NCBI GenBank assembly: GCA_016198185.1
Contig: JACQJD010000046.1
Location: 9,242 to 73,241 of the forward strand
From: Deltaproteobacteria bacterium
GTDB lineage: Bacteria; Bdellovibrionota; JACOXK01; 2-02-FULL-40-11
DNA length: 64,000 bases
Reading direction: 5' to 3'
Below are positions 26,731 through 36,045 of the stretch, piece by piece (within the stretch, counting starts at the first letter, position 1; every line of letters begins with the position of its first letter). The translations under genes and the position numbers were made by a program. A model generated the notes under the pieces. It did no database searches, was not told the DNA's origin, and saw only the letters and a list, made by a program, of their open reading frames with translations.

Positions 26731-27863
26731 GAAAACCATCGCAATTAGCATTGATACTGCAATTTCTAGATAAACTTCTTTATTTTGCCATTGTTCCCAA
26801 CATTATCCTGCTCGTGCATCGTGCGGAGATGCTCAGCCTTTCAGATTTAGCCTTTTTCTTTGCCATTCATATTATTCCCTTAAGAGGCCTACCTGTCATC
26901 ATTGGATATTATGTAGATCGAGCCCATTTAAAACAGGCACTTTTGGGTGGATTTATATTACAAGCTTTCTTTATAATCTCGCTGTGTTTTGTATCACATC
27001 GTTGGTTATTTTTACTGTGCGGATTGGGCGCAGGGATGGGCGGTGGTATATTAGCGCCTGTTTTTAATAAAATTCTTGCAGATGGGCAACAACACCATGA
27101 AGAAAAACAAAATTTTCTATATCAATTTTTAGGAATTAATATTGCAGCTGCGGTGGCATCGCTTTTAGCATGGCCTTATCTTTCGCTGTATACACTTCTT
27201 TTTTTTATCCCCGCATGTGTCAGCCTGATCTTAATGGTAAAAAACTTAGATCCCATTACAAGAATGGCAGCTGATGAAGTTCATCCAAATTTTTTTAGAT
27301 CTTTAACTCACATTTTAAAACATGCCCCTGCGCTTAAAATATTAATTTTACTCTCATGCGAATGGGCCATGTATACAATGCTCATGAGTGGCATTCCTGC
27401 AATTGCGGTATCCATTAATGAAAAAATCAATGGCAATCTGTGGATAGGACTCAATGCCGTTACATGCATCCTGGGTTATTTTATTTTCATTCAAAAATTA
27501 AAAGACATGTCCAGAGATCACGTACGCTTGCAACAGGGAATGGTTCTATCCTCCATTGGCATGGTAATTATTGCCTGTGCACCTTCTTTGTTTTTTATTT
27601 TTTTGGCAGTGGTTGTATTTAGCTTAGGAGAATTGATTCTTTCCCCGACGGGAGCTCGCTCTTTAGCCAAGCTTGCTCATCCCAGTATGCGAGGTCAATA
27701 TGTCTCTTCGCTGCTGCTTGCGGGAAGTCTTGGAGAAGGTGGCGGTCAACTTTTTTTAAGCCTCTATCCTCACCCTAGAATGGTTTGCTTTATCGTAGGC
27801 ATCGTAAGTTTATTTTTCACCTGGTATTTGATGCACGCTACGCGAACACCACCAAATCCTTAG
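26727..27863 (+). CDS. MFS-type transporter
   Basis: Multiple TM helices; the start ATG overlaps the ATP-grasp stop (ATGA). The C-terminal codons are supplied by the right half of hairpin element F. Confidence 0.6.
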   Translation: MRKPSQLALILQFLDKLLYFAIVPNIILLVHRAEMLSLSDLAFFFAIHIIPLRGLPVIIGYYVDRAHLKQALLGGFILQAFFIISLCFVSHRWLFLLCGLGAGMGGGILAPVFNKILADGQQHHEEKQNFLYQFLGINIAAAVASLLAWPYLSLYTLLFFIPACVSLILMVKNLDPITRMAADEVHPNFFRSLTHILKHAPALKILILLSCEWAMYTMLMSGIPAIAVSINEKINGNLWIGLNAVTCILGYFIFIQKLKDMSRDHVRLQQGMVLSSIGMVIIACAPSLFFIFLAVVVFSLGELILSPTGARSLAKLAHPSMRGQYVSSLLLAGSLGEGGGQLFLSLYPHPRMVCFIVGIVSLFFTWYLMHATRTPPNP

Positions 27864-27912
27864 AAACATTGACTTTTTCTTTTCCACCCCTCTCGATGAT
27901 CTGGCTCTTTTG
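27834..27912 (+). repeat. Hairpin element F (right half only: type-1 arm and tail, fused to the MFS 3' end)
   Basis: cacgctacgcgaacaccaccaaatccttagaaacattgactttttcttttccacccctctcgatgatctggctcttttgg. The tail matches element E. Confidence 0.6.
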
Positions 27913-28024
27913 GACTTTTTCTTATCCTCCACGCGTCATCTTTGCTGAAATCGGGGGTTTATGACATACTAAATCAGTGATCAATGCTTCTATGCGTTTA
28001 TGAACAAAAAAATGAGAGGGTCAT

Positions 28025-29416
28025 TTGAAAAATAAAATTGTTGTGGTTCTTTCCATTTTTCTTCCCTTCGTTTTCTTCCTAGGTCATCTGCCAGAGTTAT
28101 CTATTCCTCTCGCATTTGCCAAAGAAAACCATTTTCTGATTTCCAAGGAAGAATTTCTCGCAAGTGATTTTTCGAAACATTTTAAAAAACGGGAATTCGG
28201 CAAAGCTCTAAATACTTTGGATAAGCTTATCAAAAAATATCCGAATGATCCGCTGATCCTGCGGTATCGCGCACTGACGCTCGACAGGCTGAGTCGTCGC
28301 AAGGAAGCCATCGCCGAATATAAGAAAATCCTTTCCAAAAATCCGAATCATGTTCCCACACGTCTTTTTTTAGGATTGGCTTATGCCCGCGACAAGCAGC
28401 CTGATCAGGCTGTCAAGGAGCTTCGCTGGGTGGTAAAACACAGCACATCAGAAAAATACCGCCATTGGGCCCAAGCACAGCTTACGCGTGTTAAGCGTGG
28501 CGGCAAGAAGGTGGAAAAACCCGTCAGAAAGAAACCTTATCTTCTAGGCAAGATCGGTGCCTATTATGACAGCAACCCTCTTCTTATTCCCAATGCAGAG
28601 AATCTTTCATCCCAGTCAAAAAAAGACGGCATGGATTTTCCGATTAATTTAAATGTTGGATATCCTTTGATACTCAAAAAAGAATTCCGGCTAGATGTGA
28701 TCTATGTAGGACAAACGCTCCTACATGATAAAGGGACAGATGATGTGGATTTTACGTCTCAAGGTGTCGCGCTAGATGCCAAAAAACGTGTGTTTTTTGG
28801 AGACCGCGCGGCTCTCATCGGCGGACGATATGATTTTAAGGCAAATTTTCTGAGGAGCGATCTCTTTGCTGTCATCAATCGCTTTCTTTTGAGCATGGAC
28901 ACTTCCTTTTGGAAAAAAACAAGAACAAGATTTTATGGGAGGTTGTCTTATTCCAATTATGGACCTGATGGCTCCAACCCACCGGTGACTTCGCGTGACG
29001 GCTTTCGCGAAGGCTTGGGAATCGTTCAAACATTTTTCCTCGCCAAAGACTTTAGAACGCATTTTTTCGCGAAACAGGAAATCAGTCTTGCCAATACACG
29101 GGGCGAGAATTTTAACCGTAAAGGGTCGCTCACCCGGCTTGGTATTCACGCGCCTTTGGATTTTCTTGGCCCGATAGACTTAGACGGCTCAACGGGATTC
29201 GACTATGGTACGTATCCTGAGTTTTCGTCTCTTTCGGTGTTGGATCTCAATGAACGTCGGGACATGCGTACGGACGCGTACACCGCGCTGACCTACCACT
29301 GGAAACCGAACTTTGCGACAAGAGGCCTTTACCGTTACATCAATTCTAACAATGATAACGATTTCTACGAGCGCGACCGGCATATTGCCGGTATGGAGGT
29401 TATATTCTCTCTATGA
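28025..29416 (+). CDS. TPR-repeat protein with signal peptide and a C-terminal beta-rich region
   Basis: N-terminal signal, then TPR-like repeats (ALNTLDKLIKKYPNDPLILRYRALTL... AIAEYKKILSKNPNHVPTRLFLGLAYAR). Confidence 0.45.
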   Translation: MKNKIVVVLSIFLPFVFFLGHLPELSIPLAFAKENHFLISKEEFLASDFSKHFKKREFGKALNTLDKLIKKYPNDPLILRYRALTLDRLSRRKEAIAEYKKILSKNPNHVPTRLFLGLAYARDKQPDQAVKELRWVVKHSTSEKYRHWAQAQLTRVKRGGKKVEKPVRKKPYLLGKIGAYYDSNPLLIPNAENLSSQSKKDGMDFPINLNVGYPLILKKEFRLDVIYVGQTLLHDKGTDDVDFTSQGVALDAKKRVFFGDRAALIGGRYDFKANFLRSDLFAVINRFLLSMDTSFWKKTRTRFYGRLSYSNYGPDGSNPPVTSRDGFREGLGIVQTFFLAKDFRTHFFAKQEISLANTRGENFNRKGSLTRLGIHAPLDFLGPIDLDGSTGFDYGTYPEFSSLSVLDLNERRDMRTDAYTALTYHWKPNFATRGLYRYINSNNDNDFYERDRHIAGMEVIFSL

Positions 29417-30189
29417 AAAACCGAATTTCAGTTTATTTCATCACATTTTTTTTTACTATCGGGCTAACATCATTAACTTTTGCCAATAATGTGGATCCAA
29501 GAGAAACGGCAATAGACTTGGCTGTCGGCGGAATGGAAGAAGGAAGTCGTCCTCTGTCATCTGAAAGCGGAGAAGATAAAATTCCAGGAGCCAATTTAAG
29601 TCCGGGCATGGACACGTCTGTGAAGGCTGTGGTCCCGGGACCAGGTGCTTCTGCCTTGGGTTCGGCGTCGGACACCGGTACGCCTGGCGGCGCGCCAGAA
29701 CAAGAGCCAGTCTCCGAACCCTCAGAATCAAGCGGAGCAAATTTGGATGATGTGACAAGTGGACTCGAAGCAGGCACAACCATTGAAACCGGCCCTTCGG
29801 ATGAAGGGGTTTCCGAGCCAACGGCTCCGGATAACGACAGAAGCATCATCGAGGCTGATGCCACCGTAGATACAACGGGCGGCACGCCCACAGTTGATAC
29901 TGATGTCTCGCTTGATACAAGCGCCGAAGGTGGTCTCATTGACGCCGATGCGGCCACAACCGCCGATATAGTTGACCAGGAGCTCACATCCGATGCGGGC
30001 GTACAGATTGATATGGGAGACAGCACCACCCTTTTGGAATCAACGCTTGGAAACGAGATCGGTACAAGCACCGCCCCCCCTGATGCTGAGGCTGACGCCG
30101 GCCTTGAAGCAGATGTCGAAGGCACGGGTTCTGGCGACGATGTGGCCGCAGATCCGGCTGACGGGCTCTCGGCTACGCCATCTCTTTAA
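29413..30189 (+). CDS. Acidic low-complexity secreted protein (D/T/G/S/E-rich), on a GC-richer patch
   Basis: Signal peptide MKNRISVYFITFFFTIGLTSLTFA; ATGA overlap with the TPR gene. Confidence 0.4.
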   Translation: MKNRISVYFITFFFTIGLTSLTFANNVDPRETAIDLAVGGMEEGSRPLSSESGEDKIPGANLSPGMDTSVKAVVPGPGASALGSASDTGTPGGAPEQEPVSEPSESSGANLDDVTSGLEAGTTIETGPSDEGVSEPTAPDNDRSIIEADATVDTTGGTPTVDTDVSLDTSAEGGLIDADAATTADIVDQELTSDAGVQIDMGDSTTLLESTLGNEIGTSTAPPDAEADAGLEADVEGTGSGDDVAADPADGLSATPSL

Positions 30190-30624
30190 TGGCAAAAAAC
30201 TGTGGGGAATACTGATCAACATTAGATTTAATTGTCCATACAGTGCTCTTAAAATTTCACTGTTCTATATCGGTGCCAGCTTACCTGCTCAAACGTCCAA
30301 ATGCAAAAGTGGCTCGACACCATTTACAAGAGATAATCACACTTTTGGGCTGCCAACTCTGGCAGCCCATTCCCACCTTTTTTAAAAGGTTTTTTCATTC
30401 CACGCCCTTTATTTTTTTTCAAAAAAGACACTCTTTCACCGTAAATTGACACCCTAGAATTTATCGTTACTTATTTTTTCAGCTTAAAGTTAAGATGTAA
30501 CCTTGAATATCGCTCCCATTCCAAAGTCTAGGCAGATCGTTTGGAAAATTAAAGTACGTGTAACAACCTTCAAGAAGATAGTTATTGAGAAAAATATTTT
30601 AAAGAGAGTGAGCCAAAACAATAA

Positions 30625-31629
30625 TCAAATTCTGATTTCTTTTTCTAACCACGGAATATGCTCATGCTTCCGCTTCCACCACAAATCCTCCCAAATATAA
30701 TGTACAGCAAGCTGTTTGTATTTCCCGTATCGCTCAAAATGTTTGAGAAGTTGTGAGACTGGAACAGGATTTTCAGGATTCCGATTGAAGAAAAGTTTGG
30801 AGTAAATTTTCTGTTCCCACGGCGAAACATGGTTGAAAAAGTCCAAATGGTGAAAAACGTCAAAGAGCAAATACCATACAGTTGCAGGGCCAACGCCATA
30901 CAATTTCAGCAATTCTGTCATTTGTGCTTCGCGGTCTTGTTTTCTCAATTTGTATTCGTCAATTAGGCCCTGCGAAAAATTATCATCCATTTTTCTAATT
31001 GATTTAGCGCGATAACCAACTTTGAGAGTGCGTAAATCATCTATGCTTACATTTTGCAATCTTCCCGGACTCCAAAAACACCAGAGTTTTTTGTCGTCAA
31101 ATTCCAGCAAAGTCCCGTAATTTTCCAAAAGTGCCTTGAACATTTGAACGGATCGACGCACCGAAGCATTTTGCAAGACAATCCCAATAATCAAATACTC
31201 ATAAAGTGAACTTGGATGTCCGGGGCGCATACCGCGCCATTTTTTAAAAATAGGGCCAAGAACGGAATCTTTGCTAAAGCTTTTGTAGAAATCCTCAAGG
31301 TCGAGATTAAAGTTATAGCGATATTGAATTTCTTCGATGAGTGAGTCTACGAATTCTGCTAATAATTTCTCCTTTGCGTAAACCTTAATCTCGATAAGCG
31401 GATTTGCGATAGTTCCTTTGCTGGAAAATTTGATACCAAGACATTTTTTCCGCCAATTCCAAGTTTGCCAGCGAATGCCTGGCTCCCAGTAATTATCGCC
31501 TGAAGTGAAATGGTCGGGTTTATGAAAAGTGGGGTCAAAAGCAAATGGTTTCGTCGGTTTTACTTGTGCTGTTTTTTGAAGTTTAAGCTTGATTGTTTTT
31601 TTCATTTTTTTACTGGATAAATCCGCCAA
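30625..31629 (-). CDS. HhH-GPD superfamily DNA glycosylase (OGG/AlkA-like)
   Basis: Helix-hairpin-helix 'LLKLYGVGPATVWYLLFDVFHHLD' with a downstream Asp, plus an N-terminal beta-domain-like region; 334 aa. Confidence 0.5.
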   Translation of the reverse strand: MADLSSKKMKKTIKLKLQKTAQVKPTKPFAFDPTFHKPDHFTSGDNYWEPGIRWQTWNWRKKCLGIKFSSKGTIANPLIEIKVYAKEKLLAEFVDSLIEEIQYRYNFNLDLEDFYKSFSKDSVLGPIFKKWRGMRPGHPSSLYEYLIIGIVLQNASVRRSVQMFKALLENYGTLLEFDDKKLWCFWSPGRLQNVSIDDLRTLKVGYRAKSIRKMDDNFSQGLIDEYKLRKQDREAQMTELLKLYGVGPATVWYLLFDVFHHLDFFNHVSPWEQKIYSKLFFNRNPENPVPVSQLLKHFERYGKYKQLAVHYIWEDLWWKRKHEHIPWLEKEIRI

Positions 31630-31790
31630 TAAGAATAGAGGATAAACTAATCAGAAAACCAAAATCGTGCATTGAAGTACAATACCATAACCAAAAAATG
31701 TTTCAATTGATCCCAATTGCAAAAATAACGAAAATATAGGCGTATGAAACAAACTTGACACAAATATTATTTTGAGTCAAAATAGTTTCA

Positions 31791-32366
31791 ATGAAGAAAT
31801 CTATACCTAAAAAGCTTTTAAATAGGCCCTTCTTAGTGAAAGAGGCTTTGGCTTGTGGCTTAAGCAAGGTCTATCTTACTCGCATGGTCAAATCTGGAGC
31901 GCTGGAACGCCTAAGCCGGGGGGTTTATCAAGTGAGTGGAGTTGATCAAGGCACCCCTGAAGAACTTTATAGAGTTGCCACACTTCGGTGCGGAATGCCG
32001 TCAGCGATATGTCTTTTGTCAGCACTAGACTATTACCATGTGACAGATCAAATTCCTAAAAAGACATGGGTCCTTGTTCCTCAACGTAAACGTGTATCAT
32101 CAAAGGATTTAAAGCTTATTCGATCTCGTAATCCCCTATGGAAAATTGGGATTGTAAAAACAAAAGACTACTGGATTACAAACCTAGAGCGTACTCTTGT
32201 TGAGTGTCTGATATACAAGAGATGGATCGGCAGCCAAGTGGCACTTCTTGCACTGAAACAGGCACTATCAGAAAAAAAAGTGAAACTGAGCAATGTATAC
32301 GATGTGGCTAAAAAGATGGGTGTCCAACACAGAATTTATTCTTATATTGAGGTATTGACGTCATGA
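31791..32366 (+). CDS. AbiEi-like antitoxin (pair 2)
   Basis: 'FLVKEALACGLSKVYLTRMVKSGALERLSRGVY' winged-helix region; 4-bp overlap with the downstream DUF1814 gene. Confidence 0.65.
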   Translation: MKKSIPKKLLNRPFLVKEALACGLSKVYLTRMVKSGALERLSRGVYQVSGVDQGTPEELYRVATLRCGMPSAICLLSALDYYHVTDQIPKKTWVLVPQRKRVSSKDLKLIRSRNPLWKIGIVKTKDYWITNLERTLVECLIYKRWIGSQVALLALKQALSEKKVKLSNVYDVAKKMGVQHRIYSYIEVLTS

Positions 32367-33220
32367 ATCGCGAAAAGGAAAAACAAATACATCGTTCTAT
32401 GAAAACCCTTGTGAAAAAAGATCCTCGTTTCAATATTAACGAGGTTCGAATTATCGTTGCCTTAGAACGTGCCATTGCTCGGTTATCACAAAATAAAGAT
32501 TTAGCTGAGCATCTTATATTTAAGGGAGGCTTTGTACTTCTCAAAAATTATGAGAGTCTGCGTTTCACAAGGGATGCGGATGCCTTGGCCACGGCCATTT
32601 CCAAAGATAAATTAAGAGATTTTGTCTGTAAGGCTTTAGAGAGGGATTTGGATGACGGTCTGTGGTTTGGTGATGTTCAAGTTCAAGAACTAACCGAACA
32701 GGGAGAGTATGGGGCTTATCGTTTTGATTTTGCTTTCCAAATCGGAGAACCTGATCTTAAAAAGATTCATAAACTCTCACGAATTCACATTGATGTTGGT
32801 TTTAGCGATAAGCTCCCAACAAAGCCACAGAATCAACTCATGCCTTCGGTTTTAGAATATGAAGAACCCATTACCTGGAAAATCTATCCTATCGAATATA
32901 TTGTTGCTGAAAAAATTCAGACCTTCTTTGATCGAGGTTCTACAAACTCTCGGGCAAAAGATATTTACGATTTAATTTATCTTTTTCCACGTTGTCAAAA
33001 TCAATATGAGCTTATACGAGCCATTGAAAATACATTTAAGAACCGGGGAAGCATTCTTCCAGAATCATTCGTGAATGAGGCCAGTCAGCTCGATATAACG
33101 TTTCTCACTCATGCTTGGCCAGGCGTGCGTATTCTTGAAAATAAGCTAGACTTTAACGAAACATGGAAATTGTTGATAGAATTTTTCAGAAAAATAGATC
33201 TCATGCGAACGGGAAAATAA
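32363..33220 (+). CDS. AbiEii-like nucleotidyltransferase toxin (pair 2, DUF1814)
   Basis: 'LIFKGGFVLLKNY...RFTRDADAL' DUF1814 signature; 285 aa. Confidence 0.7.
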   Translation: MNREKEKQIHRSMKTLVKKDPRFNINEVRIIVALERAIARLSQNKDLAEHLIFKGGFVLLKNYESLRFTRDADALATAISKDKLRDFVCKALERDLDDGLWFGDVQVQELTEQGEYGAYRFDFAFQIGEPDLKKIHKLSRIHIDVGFSDKLPTKPQNQLMPSVLEYEEPITWKIYPIEYIVAEKIQTFFDRGSTNSRAKDIYDLIYLFPRCQNQYELIRAIENTFKNRGSILPESFVNEASQLDITFLTHAWPGVRILENKLDFNETWKLLIEFFRKIDLMRTGK

Positions 33221-33317
33221 CATAAGAAAAAACATCGTTAACAACTCCTGATTTTGTGGAAAATTACCGAAATTGGAGAGCCTGCTTCCACTGAAAATTC
33301 AGACTGTGGAATGATGA

Positions 33318-33462
33318 AGTTCAATCTAACTATCCTTCCCCCCTCCCAAAAAATCTCAAAAAAGCCCCTGTTTCTACCAGCCAGACTATGGCAATCGGCC
33401 TCGTATTTAAGCCCTTGCTGTTGGCCCATGGAGACCGAATTTTTCGATATGTACCTATGAGG
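33318..33462 (+). repeat. About 140 bp 'P' element (copy 2)
   Basis: About 90% identical to 12385..12530, again followed by a hairpin element. Confidence 0.55.
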
Positions 33463-33473
33463 GTAACCTATTG

Positions 33474-33572
33474 CTTTGGTCAGGTGTTCGCGTAGCGCGC
33501 GGTGTGGCGGCCCAGGACGCGCGCTGGTCGAAATCTCTAAGGCCGCGTTAAATCTACGTTTTTTCTTCTCAA
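33474..33572 (+). repeat. Hairpin element D (type-1 left arm / core / type-2 right arm and tail)
   Basis: Near-identical to element C (...gctttggtcaggtgttcgcgtagcgcgcggtgtggcggcccaggacgcgcgctggtcgaaatctctaaggccgcgttaaatctacg...). Confidence 0.7.
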
Positions 33573-33746
33573 CTCAATAATATAATGTGCATACGCCTAT
33601 CCACTGTAAAACTTGGTATGCTTTTTTATAAGAATCTGCTTAATCTTCTCAATAAACTGTTTTGTCTCTTCTAAAAACTCTTCACACTCTGTATTTGAGA
33701 TTGAACCAGCATAATCATAGTCAGTCAAATTTCTTTTATTTCGACA

Positions 33747-34043
33747 CTAATCAAAATAGATGGCCTCATCTTTAAACTCGCCCTTATTGTAATGACGTAA
33801 AAAGAGAAACGTATTGGCATGATGCCCATAACCACTGATTCGGTATCCCTCACAATGTAGCAGAGCTGTTACCGTTTGAAGAGCAGCATTGTAAATGATC
33901 GCAAAACGTCGATCCGCACTTAAATCTTTAATGGCAGCATCTTCCAGGTCTCTGTCAACGATACTAAAAAGATCATAGATTTCCTTTTCAGTCGTTTGAT
34001 GTGTTTTAAGAACGCCTTTATTTAATAAATCTTTTAAACTCAT
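33747..34043 (-). CDS. HEPN-domain toxin-like protein (HepT-like)
   Basis: 98 aa with an R-x5-H motif (RISGYGHH). Overlaps the upstream MNT gene. Confidence 0.45.
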   Translation of the reverse strand: MSLKDLLNKGVLKTHQTTEKEIYDLFSIVDRDLEDAAIKDLSADRRFAIIYNAALQTVTALLHCEGYRISGYGHHANTFLFLRHYNKGEFKDEAIYFD

Positions 34044-34671
34044 CTTCCTTCCCTATTAAATAAACTTTCTTACCTAAGGCAACCTGTCTAACGAAATTAT
34101 CAGACTTCTTAAATTTATCCAAAAACTCTTTTTCAGAATACAAATGGGCGTTGATTTCTCGCCCTGTTTTTTCTGATATCTTTTGCGTCGTTGATGACAA
34201 AAGCTTTGCCCCTACAGAGCCTATAATCATGAGATCGATATCACTTTGGGGCATATCTTTACCTGTCGCCAATGAGCCAAATATAAATGAAAACCTAACC
34301 TTCCCCAACTTCATCAGATGCTCTTGAATAAGTCCCCCAATGGCTTCTGTTTTAAGGATGATTTTCTTTAATTCATTAAAAAGCATGAAGTCTTGGTTCG
34401 CCTTAAAATAGACCCTATTCCCAGACCGGGTAGAGGCTAGAAAACCGATACTGACAAGCTTTTCAATCTCTTGCTGAATAGCCCGAATCGGAACCCCTAA
34501 AAGGCGCTCCAGCTCTCTTTGATAAAAGGATTTTTCAGGAGACATGACAAACAAGGACAAAAGCTTAACCCTCGTTTTTGAAGAAAATAATGTATCTAAC
34601 GCAGTGCTCATATATGTATATATTTTATAGTCAATTGTATATAAAACATAGTCATTGTCAAGGGGAATCAA
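34018..34671 (-). CDS. Minimal nucleotidyltransferase (MntA-like) with an N-terminal wHTH
   Basis: 'FIFGSLATGKDMPQSDIDLMIIG' is the MNT GS..D.D motif. The N-terminal 'KTRVKLLSLFVMSPEKSFYQRELERLLGVP' is an ArsR/MarR-like wHTH. Confidence 0.6.
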   Translation of the reverse strand: MIPLDNDYVLYTIDYKIYTYMSTALDTLFSSKTRVKLLSLFVMSPEKSFYQRELERLLGVPIRAIQQEIEKLVSIGFLASTRSGNRVYFKANQDFMLFNELKKIILKTEAIGGLIQEHLMKLGKVRFSFIFGSLATGKDMPQSDIDLMIIGSVGAKLLSSTTQKISEKTGREINAHLYSEKEFLDKFKKSDNFVRQVALGKKVYLIGKEDEFKRFIK

Positions 34672-34745
34672 GACGCGCTATGAAGTATTAAACAATCGAA
34701 TTTTTATCCAGAGCTTGAAAAACAACTTAGGCTGTCACAATAACA
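34667..34745 (+). pseudogene. Third remnant of the 'gene A' C-terminus
   Basis: ...aaacaatcgaatttttatccagagcttgaaaaacaacttaggctgtcacaataa matches the end of 13498..14373 but is frame-disrupted. Confidence 0.45.
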
Positions 34746-35545
34746 TCGTAGGCTTTGGAATGTTGTTCAATGCGATAGGCTTGTTTACCAAAAAATTCCA
34801 TCAATGTGCATTCGGTATTGTTTTTGAAATATTCGAGATTTTCTGTCTTTAAGACCACTGCCAAAAAAGGAGACTCTTTTTTGTAAGAAACATCTCCCAA
34901 TGTTGCACGCGCTGTATCAGTGATCCAGATTTTACTTTGATCATGAAGCGTTATCTCGCCATGATGATTTTTACGCTCAAGAAGCTCTTCTAAAATAGGA
35001 CCCAATTTTTGTGACCGATCCCATAAAACAATACCTAAAACATGGGTGCACTCATTGTCATGTTTTAAGCTTAAACGACTTTTTCGCTCTCCCAAAACGG
35101 GGTCCGTTTCATACTCTGTAAACCAAATTTCAATCCCAGGATACAAAGGTTTCCTAAAAAAAATAAAATTCCAACCCGGGAGAGATGCCGTCGAATTATT
35201 TTTCCAATCATAGTTTTTATGTACGTATTGAATATCGTATTTCTTAAAAGAGGCTTCTTTTTTAGTGAAGAAATTCTTTAGATTTTTGTTCACTCGAAAA
35301 GACACGCCTGTCGGATATGGCTGTTGGCCAATTTCTTTTTGCGTTTTCAAAAAAACGTCATCATTTTTAATTTCCACAAATTCAAGATATTTCTTATCCC
35401 CGATGGCTAAAAATCGACACAGTTGCCCACCTTCGTGTTCAACGACATGTTCAGACTGAGTAGAAAATCCTAATTTTTTAAAACGCTCATACTGTTCACA
35501 TGATATCCATCGTGAAAATGCATGGTCATATCCAAATTCAAACAT
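34727..35545 (-). CDS. Hypothetical protein ('gene B' family, the intact copy)
   Basis: 272 aa. The C-terminus ...RIEQHSKAYDVIVTA recurs at 9948..10025. Convergent 3' overlap with 'gene A' remnants. Confidence 0.45.
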   Translation of the reverse strand: MFEFGYDHAFSRWISCEQYERFKKLGFSTQSEHVVEHEGGQLCRFLAIGDKKYLEFVEIKNDDVFLKTQKEIGQQPYPTGVSFRVNKNLKNFFTKKEASFKKYDIQYVHKNYDWKNNSTASLPGWNFIFFRKPLYPGIEIWFTEYETDPVLGERKSRLSLKHDNECTHVLGIVLWDRSQKLGPILEELLERKNHHGEITLHDQSKIWITDTARATLGDVSYKKESPFLAVVLKTENLEYFKNNTECTLMEFFGKQAYRIEQHSKAYDVIVTA

Positions 35546-35559
35546 AAAGTCAGTTTCTC

Positions 35560-35676
35560 CAGGTGTTCGCGTAGCGCGCGGTGTGGCGGCCCAGGACGCG
35601 CGCTACGCGAACACCACCAGGTTCTTAGAAACATTGACTTTTTCTTTTCCACCCCTCTCGATGATCCAGCTCTTTT
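35560..35676 (+). repeat. Hairpin element E (type-1 / core / type-1, long tail)
   Basis: aggtgttcgcgtagcgcgc - ggtgtggcggcccaggacgcg - cgctacgcgaacacc - accaggttcttagaaacattgactttttcttttccacccctctcgatgatccagctcttttgg. Confidence 0.7.
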
Positions 35677-35699
35677 GGGTTTTTTATACAACAATCAAG

Positions 35700-36023
35700 G
35701 ATTATCTGCATCTCGTCGCCCATAGTTTCAACCATTCAAAATCATTCGTGCTGGGCCTGCTCAAGCAATATAAAATTTCCCTAAGACCAAAACATGATAA
35801 CGTTGGCAAGAACCCCAATCAGCCTTTCGGCTATCAGATTTACCACGGAAAAAGATGCAAAGATAAAAATAAACAAAAAACCATAGATCTAATCCGAAAT
35901 CTTCACACAGCAGGACAATCCTTCAGACAGATCTGCTATGAATTATACCTCCAAGATATTACAAGGCGTAAGGGTGGAAAATGGCACCCTCAAATGATCA
36001 AAAGAATACTTAATCAAGCATGA
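35700..36023 (+). pseudogene. Truncated large-serine-recombinase-like gene (C-terminal 'recombinase' segment only)
   Basis: '...LIRNLHTAGQSFRQICYELYLQDITRRKGGKWHPQMIKRIL' matches the '...G.S.R.IA..LN..GIPTPRGGKW..STV.RIL' segment that follows the catalytic domain of serine recombinases. The catalytic N-terminus is absent, and the ORF N-terminus is made of hairpin-element sequence. Confidence 0.5.
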
Positions 36024-36045
36024 TCGATCTGTTGATTTCGGCAAG

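Noticed and set aside
29433-30125. 230-aa minus-strand ORF opposite the acidic protein gene
   Set aside because: It is an antisense shadow ORF on a GC-rich, low-complexity stretch. The plus-strand ORF has the signal peptide and operon coupling.
12558-35676. Classical integron (attC array with an IntI tyrosine integrase)
   Set aside because: No tyrosine-integrase gene or attI is visible, and cassette genes are not co-oriented. Only an integron-like analogy is proposed, not a true integron.
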